Below, piece after piece: positions 29,580-38,816 of a DNA stretch of 44,922 nt. A program made the translations under genes and the position numbers. Numbering within the stretch: position 1 is the stretch's first letter; each line of letters starts with the position of its first letter. Under the pieces are notes generated by a model, which ran no database searches, was not told the DNA's origin, and saw only the letters and a list, made by a program, of their open reading frames with translations. The stretch is taken from positions 434,001-478,922 of the forward strand of contig NZ_SMNA01000006.1 in NCBI RefSeq assembly GCF_004353825.1, written 5' to 3'. Origin of the DNA: Occultella glacieicola. GTDB lineage: Bacteria; Actinomycetota; Actinomycetes; Actinomycetales; Beutenbergiaceae.

Positions 29580-30254
29580 TCAGGACGCCGACGGGGCCCG
29601 TTTCTCCACGAGGCGCCGGACGGCGTCGTCCATGTGGACCCGCAGCAGGCGTTTCGCCTCGGTGGGCGTGCCGTCCCGGACGGCGTCACGAAGCTCCTCG
29701 TGCTCCCGTACCTGCGCACCCAGCTCGGGATAGGTCGTCTCCAGTTCGCCCAGGCACATGCGGGTCTCCACGACGAGCGTGCGCATCGCCCGGATCAGGC
29801 GCGGGCTGCCCGAGCAACCGACCAGTGCCTCGTGGAACGCATGGTCCGCATCTGCGACGGCCGAGGCGCTTCCCCGGGCTGCGGCCGAACGCATCGCCTC
29901 CACGCTCGGCCCGAGGGCGCGGTACGCGGCGCCACGGTCCGCCTTCATGACGAGTTCCACCGCGCCCCGCTCGATGACCGAGCGGGCGCGGTAGATGTCG
30001 GCCACGTCCTCGAGCGAGAGCACCGGGACGAAGACGCCGCGGTTGCGGATCCCGAGCAGGATGCCCTCCGAGACGAGCCGCTGCATCGCCTCCCGCAACG
30101 GCCCACGGGAGACGGCGAAGCGGTCCGCGAGGTCCGCCTCGCCGAGCTGCTCGCCCTGGGCCAGGCGCCCCGTCATGATCGCGGAGCGCAACTCGTCGGC
30201 GAGGTACTCGACCGTCGACTGGCGCCGTCGGGGCGTGACGTCAGCGACCGGCAC
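29580..30254 (-). CDS. GntR family regulator (FadR subfamily, FCD domain)
   Basis: LGEADLADRFAVSRGPLREAM, RNRGVFV, DHAFHEAL, EHEEL; GGAGG 8 nt before GTG 30254 (alternative start 30263). Confidence 0.92.
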   Translation of the reverse strand: MPVADVTPRRRQSTVEYLADELRSAIMTGRLAQGEQLGEADLADRFAVSRGPLREAMQRLVSEGILLGIRNRGVFVPVLSLEDVADIYRARSVIERGAVELVMKADRGAAYRALGPSVEAMRSAAARGSASAVADADHAFHEALVGCSGSPRLIRAMRTLVVETRMCLGELETTYPELGAQVREHEELRDAVRDGTPTEAKRLLRVHMDDAVRRLVEKRAPSAS

Positions 30255-30987
30255 GATCAGCACCTCCCGTGAACAGGGTCCCGAGGCTCGCGGCGTGCGA
30301 CGGCACCCCCGCCAGACGCAGGCCCTCCCAGACCGTCACCTGGTTCGCCGTCAACACCGGCTTGCCGAGCCGCGCCTCGAGGTCGGGCAACACCTCGAGC
30401 GTGCGCATCGCGGTGTCCGGCACGAGCAGCGCCTGGGCGTCGGGGTGATCGTGCTCGGCAGCGAGGGTTCGCACCTGGTCCGCGTCGAGGGCACCGACCT
30501 CGGCCGCCGTTCGGATCCCGGCGCTGGACATCGCGACCACCTCGACCCCTGCGGCGGCCAGGTAGTCCACGAAGAGGCGCGCGACGCCGTCGGGATAGCT
30601 GGCCGCGACCGCCACCCGGGTGAGGCCGAGTGCCGCGAGCGCGGCGAGGTAGGCCAAACTCGTGCTCGACGCCGGCACGCCGGCGGACTCGGCGAGCAGG
30701 TCCGCCTGCCGCCTGGCCCCGTCGGGGCCGTACACGAAGCTGCCCGACGTGCAGGCCCAGATCACCGACGTCGGGCCGTGCGGCTCGAGCAGCGCGGCGC
30801 CCCCGGCGAGCCGTTCGGGACTGCCGAGATCCAGCAGTTCCGGCACCGCGTGCAGGTCCGTGCCGTAGACGTGCACGACCGGCAGTCGGACCTCGAGCAG
30901 CCGGGCGGCGATCGCGTAGTCCCCCTCCGCGGCGTGGTCGGGATAGATGATGCCCACGGTCGGGGCGGGCTGGGCGGGGGGCGTCAT
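30241..30987 (-). CDS. Asp/Glu racemase / maleate isomerase family protein (second Cys replaced by Asp)
   Basis: VGIIYP, WACTSGS, VPDTAM, LGKPVLTANQ. Confidence 0.85.
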   Translation of the reverse strand: MTPPAQPAPTVGIIYPDHAAEGDYAIAARLLEVRLPVVHVYGTDLHAVPELLDLGSPERLAGGAALLEPHGPTSVIWACTSGSFVYGPDGARRQADLLAESAGVPASSTSLAYLAALAALGLTRVAVAASYPDGVARLFVDYLAAAGVEVVAMSSAGIRTAAEVGALDADQVRTLAAEHDHPDAQALLVPDTAMRTLEVLPDLEARLGKPVLTANQVTVWEGLRLAGVPSHAASLGTLFTGGADRAGR

Positions 30988-31817
30988 TCCTGGAGGCTCC
31001 TCTCGTCTTCGTGGCGGGGCTCGGCGGGGTCCTCGGGCTGTGCGACCTCCGGCAGCGGCGGCGGCTCGAGATCGTCCTGGAACACACCGCGCAGCCACGT
31101 ACCGGGCCCGACCATCGGCAGCCCCATCCGGCCCAGACACGCCCACACGGTGAGTTGGTTGGCGGTCAGGACCGGCTTGCCGAGCTCGCGTTCGAGCGGG
31201 GCGATGATGTCGTAGGTCGGCAGGTTGGTGCAGGAGATGAAGATGGCCTCCGCGGCCGGGTCGTCCGCCGCGATGACCATCTCGGCGACGGTGCGGTAGT
31301 TGACCTTCCAGATCCCGCCGCCGAGGCCGAGGTACTGGGAGTGCAGGACGGTGACCCCGAGTTCGCCGAGGAAGTCGCCCAGCCGCTCGGTCAGCGCGGC
31401 GTCGTAGGGCGTGATCACCGACATCCGGGTCAGCCCGAGTTCGCGCACCGCCTCGGCGAGCGCGCCGGAGGTCGTCACCGCCTGGGGAGCACCCGCCTCC
31501 CGGATCGCGGCCTGCAACAGGGCTTCGTAGGCGTAGCCCCGGATGAAGCTGCCCGAGCTGCACAGGTAGGCCACGACCTCCGGCTCGACCCCCAGCACGT
31601 CCCGGGTGGCCTGCTGCAGGTGCCGGCGCTCGGAGACGAGTTCGGCCATCTCGAGGCTGACGGCGACCGGCTCGAACGGTGTCCGGGCCAGGTGGAAACT
31701 GACCTCGAGCGGGGCCCAGCGCCACAGCTCTCGTTCCAGGGCCAGGTCGAAGGGCGCGATGATGCCGATGCCGCGCTGGGCGAGTGGCCCCTCGAACTCC
31801 GCGCTCGTCAGCTCCAA
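30984..31817 (-). CDS. Asp/Glu racemase / maleate isomerase family protein
   Basis: IGIIAP, YLCSSGS, ITPY, FISCTNL, LGKPVLTANQ; TTG start. Confidence 0.87.
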   Translation of the reverse strand: MELTSAEFEGPLAQRGIGIIAPFDLALERELWRWAPLEVSFHLARTPFEPVAVSLEMAELVSERRHLQQATRDVLGVEPEVVAYLCSSGSFIRGYAYEALLQAAIREAGAPQAVTTSGALAEAVRELGLTRMSVITPYDAALTERLGDFLGELGVTVLHSQYLGLGGGIWKVNYRTVAEMVIAADDPAAEAIFISCTNLPTYDIIAPLERELGKPVLTANQLTVWACLGRMGLPMVGPGTWLRGVFQDDLEPPPLPEVAQPEDPAEPRHEDERSLQE

Positions 31818-31850
31818 ACCCGGGCCTACTCTCGTGCTGCCGGATCATCA

Positions 31851-31889
31851 GATTGTTGACAATACTAGGGCCCGCTCCTACGTTGTCAA
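31851..31889. promoter_or_regulatory. GntR-type operator GATTGTTGACAATACT overlapping divergent sigma-A-like promoters
   Basis: Plus strand TTGACA(31856)-N17-TACGTT(31879), then GTG 31891. Minus strand TTGACA(31889-31884)-N16-TAGTAT. The 16-mer is identical at 36016-36031. Confidence 0.75.
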
Positions 31890-31890
31890 T

Positions 31891-32865
31891 GTGCCGAGCC
31901 AGCCCGTTGTCGTGGTCCTCCACGACGGGCGGCTGCCCCCAGGGGCCGGACTGGCACCGCTGCGCGGGCGGGCGGAGATCCGCTACGCAGACGAGACCGA
32001 GCTGGCCCGGGCACTTCGCGACGCCGACGTGCTGTTCGCCTACCACTTCCTCAGCGGCGCGGTCCCGGGCGCTTGGCACGCGGCGGGCTCCGTGCGCTGG
32101 CTGCACGTCGCAGCCGCCGGCGTCGACCCGTTCCTGACCCCCGCCGTGCGGGACTCCGACGTCACCGTGACGAACTCACGCGGGGTGTTCGAGGAGCCCA
32201 TCGCCGAGTACGTCCTCGGGCAGGTGCTTGCCCTGGCCAAGGACCTGCCCCGCTCCGTCCGGCTCCAGCAGGAGCACCGCTGGGAACACCGGGAGTCCGA
32301 ACGGATCGCCGGCTCGAGCGCGCTGGTCGTCGGCACCGGGCCGATCGGCCGGGCGATCGCACGCCTGTTGCGCGCCGGCGGGATCCGGGTACGCGGGGCC
32401 GGGCGTCGGGCCCGCACCGACGACCCCGACTTCGGCACCGTCTGCGCGCCGACGGACCTGCCGGCCGAGCTCGCCCGCGCGGACTGGGTGGTCGCAGCCG
32501 CGCCGCTGACCGACACCACCCGCGGGATGTTCGACGCCGACGCCTTCGCGGCGATGCGACCGGGCGCCCGGTTCGTCAATGTCGGCCGGGGCGAGCTCGT
32601 CCGCACCGACCACCTGGTCGAGGCCCTCCGTCGCGGCTCCCTCGCCGGGGCCGCGCTCGATGTGGTCGATCCGGAGCCTTTGCCGGCCGGGCACCCGCTC
32701 TGGGACCTGCCCGGCGTGCTGATCACCCCGCATCACTCCGGCGACGTGGTCGGCTGGCGCGAGGAGCTCGTGCGCCTGTTCGCCGAGAACTTCGACCTGT
32801 GGCGGCAGGGGCTGCCGCTGCGCAACGTCGTCGACAAGTCGCTGGGCTACGTACCGGGGAGCTGA
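31891..32865 (+). CDS. D-2-hydroxyacid dehydrogenase
   Basis: AAAGVD, TNSRGVF, VVGTGPIG, FVNVGRG, ALDV, TPHHSG; leaderless GTG. Confidence 0.9.
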   Translation: MPSQPVVVVLHDGRLPPGAGLAPLRGRAEIRYADETELARALRDADVLFAYHFLSGAVPGAWHAAGSVRWLHVAAAGVDPFLTPAVRDSDVTVTNSRGVFEEPIAEYVLGQVLALAKDLPRSVRLQQEHRWEHRESERIAGSSALVVGTGPIGRAIARLLRAGGIRVRGAGRRARTDDPDFGTVCAPTDLPAELARADWVVAAAPLTDTTRGMFDADAFAAMRPGARFVNVGRGELVRTDHLVEALRRGSLAGAALDVVDPEPLPAGHPLWDLPGVLITPHHSGDVVGWREELVRLFAENFDLWRQGLPLRNVVDKSLGYVPGS

Positions 32866-32867
32866 CC

Positions 32868-34235
32868 GTGGAACCGACCGAGATGACCGCCGTCGAACTC
32901 GTCACCGCCTACGGCGCCGGTGACCTCTCCCCCGTCGAGGCCACGACCGCCGTCCTCGACCGGATCGAGGCGCGCGACGGTGAGCTGAACGCGTTCTGCC
33001 TCGTGGACGCCGAGACGAGCCTCGAGCAGGCGGCCCAGTCCGAGGCGCGCTGGCGCGCCGGGTACGCCAAGGGCCTGCTCGACGGCGTCCCGGTCTCGAT
33101 CAAGGACGTGTTCCTCACCGAGGGGTGGCCCACGTTGCGCGGTTCCCGCGCGGTCGACCCTGGTGGTGCCTGGGCGGAGGACTCCCCCGTCGCCTCCCGC
33201 CTGCGGGCCGACGGCATGGTCTTCGTCGGCAAGACGACCACCCCGGAGCTCGCGTGGAAGGCCGTCACCGACAGCCCGTTGACCGGCATCACGCGCAACC
33301 CGGCCGACCCGGCACTGACGGCCGGGGGCTCCTCCGGCGGTGCAGCGGCCGCGGTGGCCGCCGGGATGGGCCCGTGTGCGGTGGGCACGGACGGCGGCGG
33401 GAGCATCCGGATCCCCGCCTCGTTCTGCGGGATCGTCGGTTTCAAGCCCACCTACGGGCGCGTGCCGATGTATCCGGCGAGCCCGTTCGGTCCGCTCGCA
33501 CACGCCGGTCCGATGACCCGCACGGTGGAGGACGCGGCGCTGCTCATGGACATCATCGCGTTGCCGGACCATCGGGACCCGACGTCGGCCGAGCCGCCGC
33601 ATCTGACCTTCCGCGGTGAGTTCAACCGCGAGGTCACCGGGATCCACGTCGCCTACTCCCGGGACCTCGGCTACGTGCCGGTGGACGACGAGGTCGCCCG
33701 GATCGTCGACGACGTGGTCGCGCGGCTGGACGAGGCCGGCATCCAGGTCACCGCCGCCGACCCGGGTTTCACCGACCCGCTCGAGGCGTTCGAGACGCTC
33801 TGGGCGAGCGGCGCGGCCACGCTGCTGCGCCGGATGCCTGGGGCACGGGAGACCGTCGACCCTGGACTGGCCCGGGTCTGGGACGCGGGCGAGCAGATCA
33901 GCGCCGTGGACTACCTCGAGGCCCGGGCGGTGGCCGCGTCCGTCGGCATCGCGATGGGCGCCTTCCACGAGATCCACAACCTGCTTCTGACGCCGGCGGT
34001 CGCTGTGCCGCCGTTCGCCGTCGGGCATGAGGTGCCGCCGGGCAGCGGCCTGCGGAGCTGGCCGCAGTGGGCGGCGTTGAGCTTCCCGTTCAATCTCACC
34101 CAGCAGCCGGCGATCAGCGTGCCGGTGGGCCGCACCGCGGCCGGACTGCCGGTCGGGCTGCAGATCGTCGGGCCGCGGCACTCGGACGACCTGGTCCTGG
34201 CCGTCGGCCGGTTCGTCGAGTGGCTGCTCGGCTGA
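32868..34235 (+). CDS. Amidase (amidase signature family)
   Basis: Lys in SIKD, GGSSGG, GTDGGGSIRIPAS (Ser-cisSer-Lys triad). Confidence 0.92.
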   Translation: MEPTEMTAVELVTAYGAGDLSPVEATTAVLDRIEARDGELNAFCLVDAETSLEQAAQSEARWRAGYAKGLLDGVPVSIKDVFLTEGWPTLRGSRAVDPGGAWAEDSPVASRLRADGMVFVGKTTTPELAWKAVTDSPLTGITRNPADPALTAGGSSGGAAAAVAAGMGPCAVGTDGGGSIRIPASFCGIVGFKPTYGRVPMYPASPFGPLAHAGPMTRTVEDAALLMDIIALPDHRDPTSAEPPHLTFRGEFNREVTGIHVAYSRDLGYVPVDDEVARIVDDVVARLDEAGIQVTAADPGFTDPLEAFETLWASGAATLLRRMPGARETVDPGLARVWDAGEQISAVDYLEARAVAASVGIAMGAFHEIHNLLLTPAVAVPPFAVGHEVPPGSGLRSWPQWAALSFPFNLTQQPAISVPVGRTAAGLPVGLQIVGPRHSDDLVLAVGRFVEWLLG

Positions 34236-34239
34236 TGCC

Positions 34240-34734
34240 TCAGGCGCGGGCGAACGTGAGCCGCTCCCCCGCGAACCCGTTGCGCCAGATGTCGTTGCAG
34301 GCCGCCGCCATCGGGGCCAGGCCCTCCTCGATGGCGCCGAAGACGTTCCCGGGCACCCAGCCGACATCCCCATTGATCAATAGGTTGTTGCGGGCGTAGA
34401 AGATGGCCAGGTCCGTGGCGCCCTGCTCGGAGTACGCGGCCGAACCGGGCTCGTACCCGAAGGCGGGGTTCCCGATCTCCCAGGCCTCGAAGTCGAACAG
34501 GCACACGTCGCCCGGGATCGGCGTCACCGTCGGGTTCTCGCGTCGCGGGGCGGCGGTGATCCGCGGGAGGAGGGCGTACACCTCGTTGCGGGCGAACTTG
34601 GCGTGCACCGCGTCCCCGGACTGCGGCAACACCTCCCACACGGCCTGGCTGGTCGCCGGCGCATCGCCGTCGAGCAGCCGCGCCCGGCAGGTCACGCCGC
34701 GCAGTTCCAGGGTGATGGTGATGAATCGCGCCAC
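34240..34734 (-). CDS. DUF3830-like protein (cyclophilin-like fold)
   Basis: AVHAKFARNEVY, ENPTVTPIPGD, DLAIFYARNN, recalled as DUF3830-family motifs; context fits. Confidence 0.75.
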   Translation of the reverse strand: MARFITITLELRGVTCRARLLDGDAPATSQAVWEVLPQSGDAVHAKFARNEVYALLPRITAAPRRENPTVTPIPGDVCLFDFEAWEIGNPAFGYEPGSAAYSEQGATDLAIFYARNNLLINGDVGWVPGNVFGAIEEGLAPMAAACNDIWRNGFAGERLTFARA

Positions 34735-34749
34735 GAGCCGGCTCCCTTC

Positions 34750-35991
34750 TCAGACCTCGGCCAGGACATCGGACCAGATTCGCAGGCCTTCGTCGACCTC
34801 GTCGGCGGTGACGACCAGCGGCGGGATCATCCGCACGACGTTCATGTGGGCCCCACAGGTGAGCATCAGCAGTCCCTTGCTCGAGGCGAGCTGCTGGGCG
34901 GCGGCGGCGCGCGGACCGTCCGGGCCGCCGTCGGGCGTGGTGAACTCCGAGCCCACCATGAGACCGAGCCCGCGGACATCGCCCACGGCGCTGCTCGCGC
35001 GCTGCCGTGCGCCCGCGAGGAGTTCCTCCCCCCGCCGGGCGGCGTTGTCGACGAGGCCCTCGTCCTCGATCACATCGAGGGTGGCCAGGGCCGCGGCGCA
35101 GGCGACGGCGTTGCCGCCGTAGGTACCGCCCTGCGAGCCCGGCCATGCGCTGCTCATCAGGTCGGCCGAGGTGACCATGCCGGAGAGTGGGAAACCGGAG
35201 GCCAGACCCTTCGCGATCGTGATCACGTCCGGGCGCACGCCGAAGTGCTCGTGGCCGAAGAACCGGCCGGTCCGGCCGAAGCCGGTCTGGATCTCGTCGA
35301 GGACCAGGAGGATCCCGTACCGATCGGCACGCTCGCGCAGGCCCCGGAAGAACGCGGTGTTCCCGGGTACGTACCCGCCCTCCCCGAGGACCGGTTCGAC
35401 GAGCAGCGCGGCCGTCTCGTGCGGGGAGGTGACGGTGGCGAAGAGGTAGTCGAGTTCCTGCAGGGCGAAGGCGGTCGCCTCCTCCTCGGTCCAGCCGTAG
35501 CGGTAGGCGGTCGGGAACGGGGCGATGTGCACGCCGGCCATGAGCGGGGAGAACCCAGCCGAGAAGCGGGTGCCCGAGGTGGTCATGGACGCGGCAGCCA
35601 CGGTACGGCCGTGGAAGCCACCGTGGAACACGACGACGTTGGGCCGCCCGGTGACCTGCCGCGCCAGCCGCAGGGCCGCCTCGACCGCCTCGCTGCCGGA
35701 GTTCGCGAAGAACACCGAGTCCAGGCCGTCCGGAAGCACGCCGCCGAGGCGCTCGGCCAGGTCGAGGAGCGGGCGGTGCATCACCGTCGTGTACTGGCCG
35801 TGGATGAGCCTGGCGGCCTGTTCCTGGACGGCGGCGACCACCCGCGGGTGACAGTGCCCGGTGCTCGTCACGCCGATACCGGCGGTGAAGTCCAGGTAGC
35901 GCCGCCCGTCGGCGTCGAAGACCTCACAGCCGTGGGCGTGATCGACCACGACCGGCGTTGCCTGCCGCAGGTGTGGGGACAGTGCCGCCAT
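34750..35991 (-). CDS. Class III PLP aminotransferase (4-aminobutyrate / diaminobutyrate aminotransferase-like)
   Basis: YLDFTAGI, NSGSEAVE, FHGRT, DEIQTGFGRTG, PLP Lys in IAKGLASG. Confidence 0.92.
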   Translation of the reverse strand: MAALSPHLRQATPVVVDHAHGCEVFDADGRRYLDFTAGIGVTSTGHCHPRVVAAVQEQAARLIHGQYTTVMHRPLLDLAERLGGVLPDGLDSVFFANSGSEAVEAALRLARQVTGRPNVVVFHGGFHGRTVAAASMTTSGTRFSAGFSPLMAGVHIAPFPTAYRYGWTEEEATAFALQELDYLFATVTSPHETAALLVEPVLGEGGYVPGNTAFFRGLRERADRYGILLVLDEIQTGFGRTGRFFGHEHFGVRPDVITIAKGLASGFPLSGMVTSADLMSSAWPGSQGGTYGGNAVACAAALATLDVIEDEGLVDNAARRGEELLAGARQRASSAVGDVRGLGLMVGSEFTTPDGGPDGPRAAAAQQLASSKGLLMLTCGAHMNVVRMIPPLVVTADEVDEGLRIWSDVLAEV

Positions 35992-36015
35992 CGGACCCTC
36001 CTCGCATCGTTGTCG

Positions 36016-36031
36016 GATTGTTGACAATACT
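36016..36031. promoter_or_regulatory. GntR-type operator, second copy (GATTGTTGACAATACT)
   Basis: Identical to 31851-31866; lies between the divergent aminotransferase and dehydrogenase genes, next to TAGGAT (36034-36039). Confidence 0.75.
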
Positions 36032-36098
36032 TCTAGGATGGTGCGATCGGCAAGGAGGCACGAGCATGGAGTCGCCCGCTATCGGCAAGGAGCAGACC

Positions 36099-37571
36099 AT
36101 GGATTCGACAGACACCCGCGCGGCGACCGAGCGGGAGGCGATCGCGTCGGTGCCCACCGGCCTGTTCATCGGGGGCGACTGGCGACAGACCTCGCCGACC
36201 ATGGGCGTCGAGGATCCCTCGACCGGCGAGACGTTGTGCGAGGTGGCCGACGCCGGCCACGACGACGCCCTCGCCGCCCTGGCCGCCGCCGCCGAGGCAC
36301 AGGCCGGCTGGGCGGCCACCGCCCCGCGCGAACGCAGCGAGATCCTCTCCGGGGCATACCGGCTGATCATGGAGCAGACGGACCGACTCGCGCTGATCAT
36401 GACCCTCGAGATGGGCAAGCCGCTCGCCGAGTCTCGTGGCGAGGTGGCGTATGCCGCCGAGTTTTTGCGCTGGTTCGCGGAGGAGGCCGTCCGCATCGAC
36501 GGCGGGTACATGACCGCGCCCGCCGGTGGCTCCCGGTTCCTCGTGAGCCGCCAGCCCGTCGGTCCGAGCATCCTGATCACCCCGTGGAACTTCCCGATGG
36601 CGATGGGCACCCGCAAGATCGGCCCGGCGATCGCGGCCGGCTGTACCAGCGTCATCAAGCCGGCCAGTCAGACCCCGCTGTCCACGTTGGCGCTGGTCGA
36701 CATCCTCGTGCGGGCCGGCCTGCCCGACGGGGTCGTCAACGTGGTGACCACGAGCCGCACGGACGAGGTGATGACGCCGCTGATCCTCGACCCGCGCTCG
36801 CGCAAGCTCTCGTTCACCGGGTCCACGCCGGTGGGCAAGCACTTGCTCGAACTGTGCGCCCGCACGGTGATGCGAACCTCGATGGAGCTGGGTGGCAACG
36901 CACCGTTCCTCGTCTTCGAGGACGCCGACCTCGACGCCGCCGTCGACGGCGCCATGCTCGCGAAGATGCGCAACATCGGGCAGGCCTGCACCGCCGCGAA
37001 CCGGATCCTCGTGCAGCGCGGCGTCGCCGACGAGTTCGCCGACCGGCTCACCGCGAGGATGCGCGAGCTGCCGATGGGCCGCGGGGTCGAGGACGGCGTC
37101 GTCGTGGGACCGCTGATCAACGCCGACGCCGTGGACAAGGTCCACGCCCTGGTCTCCGACGCCGTCGGGCGGGGCGCGAGCGTGCGCACCGGTGGCGAGC
37201 CGGTCGACCGGCCCGGCCACTACTACCCCGCGACCGTGCTCACCGGGGTGCCCTCCGAGGCCGATATGGCCAGCACCGAGATCTTCGGACCCGTCGCCGC
37301 GATCACTCCGTTCGACACCGAGGAGGAGGCCATCGCGATGGCCAACGACACCCCGTTCGGGCTGGTGTCCTACGCCTACACGCGCGACCTCGCCCGCGGG
37401 ATCCGGGTCAGCGAGGCACTCGAGGCCGGCATGGTCGGCCTCAACCAGGGTGTGGTCTCGAACCCGGCCGCCCCGTTCGGCGGGATCAAGGAGTCCGGGC
37501 TCGGCCGCGAGGGCGGCTTCCTCGGCATCGACGAGTTCCTCGAGACCAAGTACGTCGGGATCAGCGTCTGA
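36099..37571 (+). CDS. gabD: NAD(P)-dependent succinate-semialdehyde dehydrogenase-like aldehyde dehydrogenase
   Basis: ITPWNFP, FTGST, MELGGNAP, catalytic Cys in GQACT, EIFGP, PFGGIKESGLGREG; alternative start at 36066. Substrate not established. Confidence 0.88.
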   Translation: MDSTDTRAATEREAIASVPTGLFIGGDWRQTSPTMGVEDPSTGETLCEVADAGHDDALAALAAAAEAQAGWAATAPRERSEILSGAYRLIMEQTDRLALIMTLEMGKPLAESRGEVAYAAEFLRWFAEEAVRIDGGYMTAPAGGSRFLVSRQPVGPSILITPWNFPMAMGTRKIGPAIAAGCTSVIKPASQTPLSTLALVDILVRAGLPDGVVNVVTTSRTDEVMTPLILDPRSRKLSFTGSTPVGKHLLELCARTVMRTSMELGGNAPFLVFEDADLDAAVDGAMLAKMRNIGQACTAANRILVQRGVADEFADRLTARMRELPMGRGVEDGVVVGPLINADAVDKVHALVSDAVGRGASVRTGGEPVDRPGHYYPATVLTGVPSEADMASTEIFGPVAAITPFDTEEEAIAMANDTPFGLVSYAYTRDLARGIRVSEALEAGMVGLNQGVVSNPAAPFGGIKESGLGREGGFLGIDEFLETKYVGISV

Positions 37572-37616
37572 CCACGGGGGCGCGTGGGACCGACTCGGCT
37601 CCGCGCTCCCCCGTGG
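37572..37616. terminator. Hairpin between convergent genes
   Basis: CCACGGGGG...CCCCCGTGG outer stem with inner CGCG pairing. Confidence 0.55.
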
Positions 37617-37634
37617 CAGCGGCGCTCGACGCGA

Positions 37635-38816
37635 TCAGTAGAGGATCGACACGCGCCCGTTCGGCCAGGCCAGCGTGGCGTAGATCTGCACCATCGCGGC
37701 CTGGTCGAGCAGCTCGGTGGCGCTGCCGCCGACCGGGAACAGGCCGGTCTCCGGGTCCCGTACCTCGTTCCACTGGTGGTCGGCGTAGTCCTGCATCGCG
37801 GCGCGGTAGGTGTGGCCACCGGTCACGGACTCCAGGAGCAGCAGGTTCTTGAAGTAGATCGAGTTGAAGAAGATCTCGTGGTCGTGCAGCCGGTCCTCTT
37901 CGACGAAGTAGGTGTACGAGGCGGCCGCGATCGCCTCCGCCCGGGCGAGATACTGCTCGTCACCGGTCGCCTCGTACAGGAGCGTGTAGGTCCCGATCGG
38001 CACACCCTGGTTGTAGGAGTAGTGGCGTTCGTCGATGGTCCCGTCGAGCTTGATGTTGTCCCAGTAGAGGCCGTTCGGGGCGAGGAGGTACTGATCGGTC
38101 CACTCGACGAATCGCAGTGCCCAGTCCAGGTACCGCTCCTCGCCGGTGATCAGGTAGAGCCGGACCCCGAGCTGCGCGCCCGGCATCGTCGAGACCGTGT
38201 TGCGGTCGGTGCTCCACGGCGCCTGCGTCCAGAACACGCCACCGGGTGCCGCGTGCGAGGGGTCGGTGTCCCAACCGGAGACGACGAGTTCGAAGATGTC
38301 GGCCGCCCGGGCCAGCGCCGCGTCGTCCCCGGTGGCCAGGTACTGCTGCACGTCCGCGAGGGCAACCCACTCGTTGTCGTCGTAGAACATATCGCCGCCA
38401 CCGCCGTAGGGCGCGCGCGGGTAGGAGTCGTAGCCCGGTAGGCCGGTGGAGCCACCGCCGGCGTTCCAGTAGCGTTCCTGGCCGACCTCGCGGTCGGCCA
38501 GGTCATCCCCGTACAACCGCCCCTCCCGGCCGGCCATCCCGGTGAGGTCGAGCGTGGCGATGTGCGCCTGCGAGAACGGCCACTCGTAGGAGTACTCACG
38601 GTCCTCCGCTCCGAGCGGGTAGCGCTCGAGGTACAGGCTGGAGCCGTCGTCGACGTACAGGTACTGCTGCATGGCCTCGTACGTGGCGACCGCACGATCG
38701 ATCTGCGTACGCCTCGACGACGCCTGCCCGGACGGCTCGGCGGCGGCCGGTGCGGCCAGCGCGAGGCAGGTGACGATGGCGGCGGCTGCGGTGACCGTGA
38801 CCTTCTTCGGCTTCAT
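37635..38816 (-). CDS. Secreted glycoside hydrolase family 76 (alpha-1,6-mannanase-like)
   Basis: Signal peptide; catalytic FYDDNEW, GGVFW, YSYNQG. Confidence 0.85.
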   Translation of the reverse strand: MKPKKVTVTAAAAIVTCLALAAPAAAEPSGQASSRRTQIDRAVATYEAMQQYLYVDDGSSLYLERYPLGAEDREYSYEWPFSQAHIATLDLTGMAGREGRLYGDDLADREVGQERYWNAGGGSTGLPGYDSYPRAPYGGGGDMFYDDNEWVALADVQQYLATGDDAALARAADIFELVVSGWDTDPSHAAPGGVFWTQAPWSTDRNTVSTMPGAQLGVRLYLITGEERYLDWALRFVEWTDQYLLAPNGLYWDNIKLDGTIDERHYSYNQGVPIGTYTLLYEATGDEQYLARAEAIAAASYTYFVEEDRLHDHEIFFNSIYFKNLLLLESVTGGHTYRAAMQDYADHQWNEVRDPETGLFPVGGSATELLDQAAMVQIYATLAWPNGRVSILY

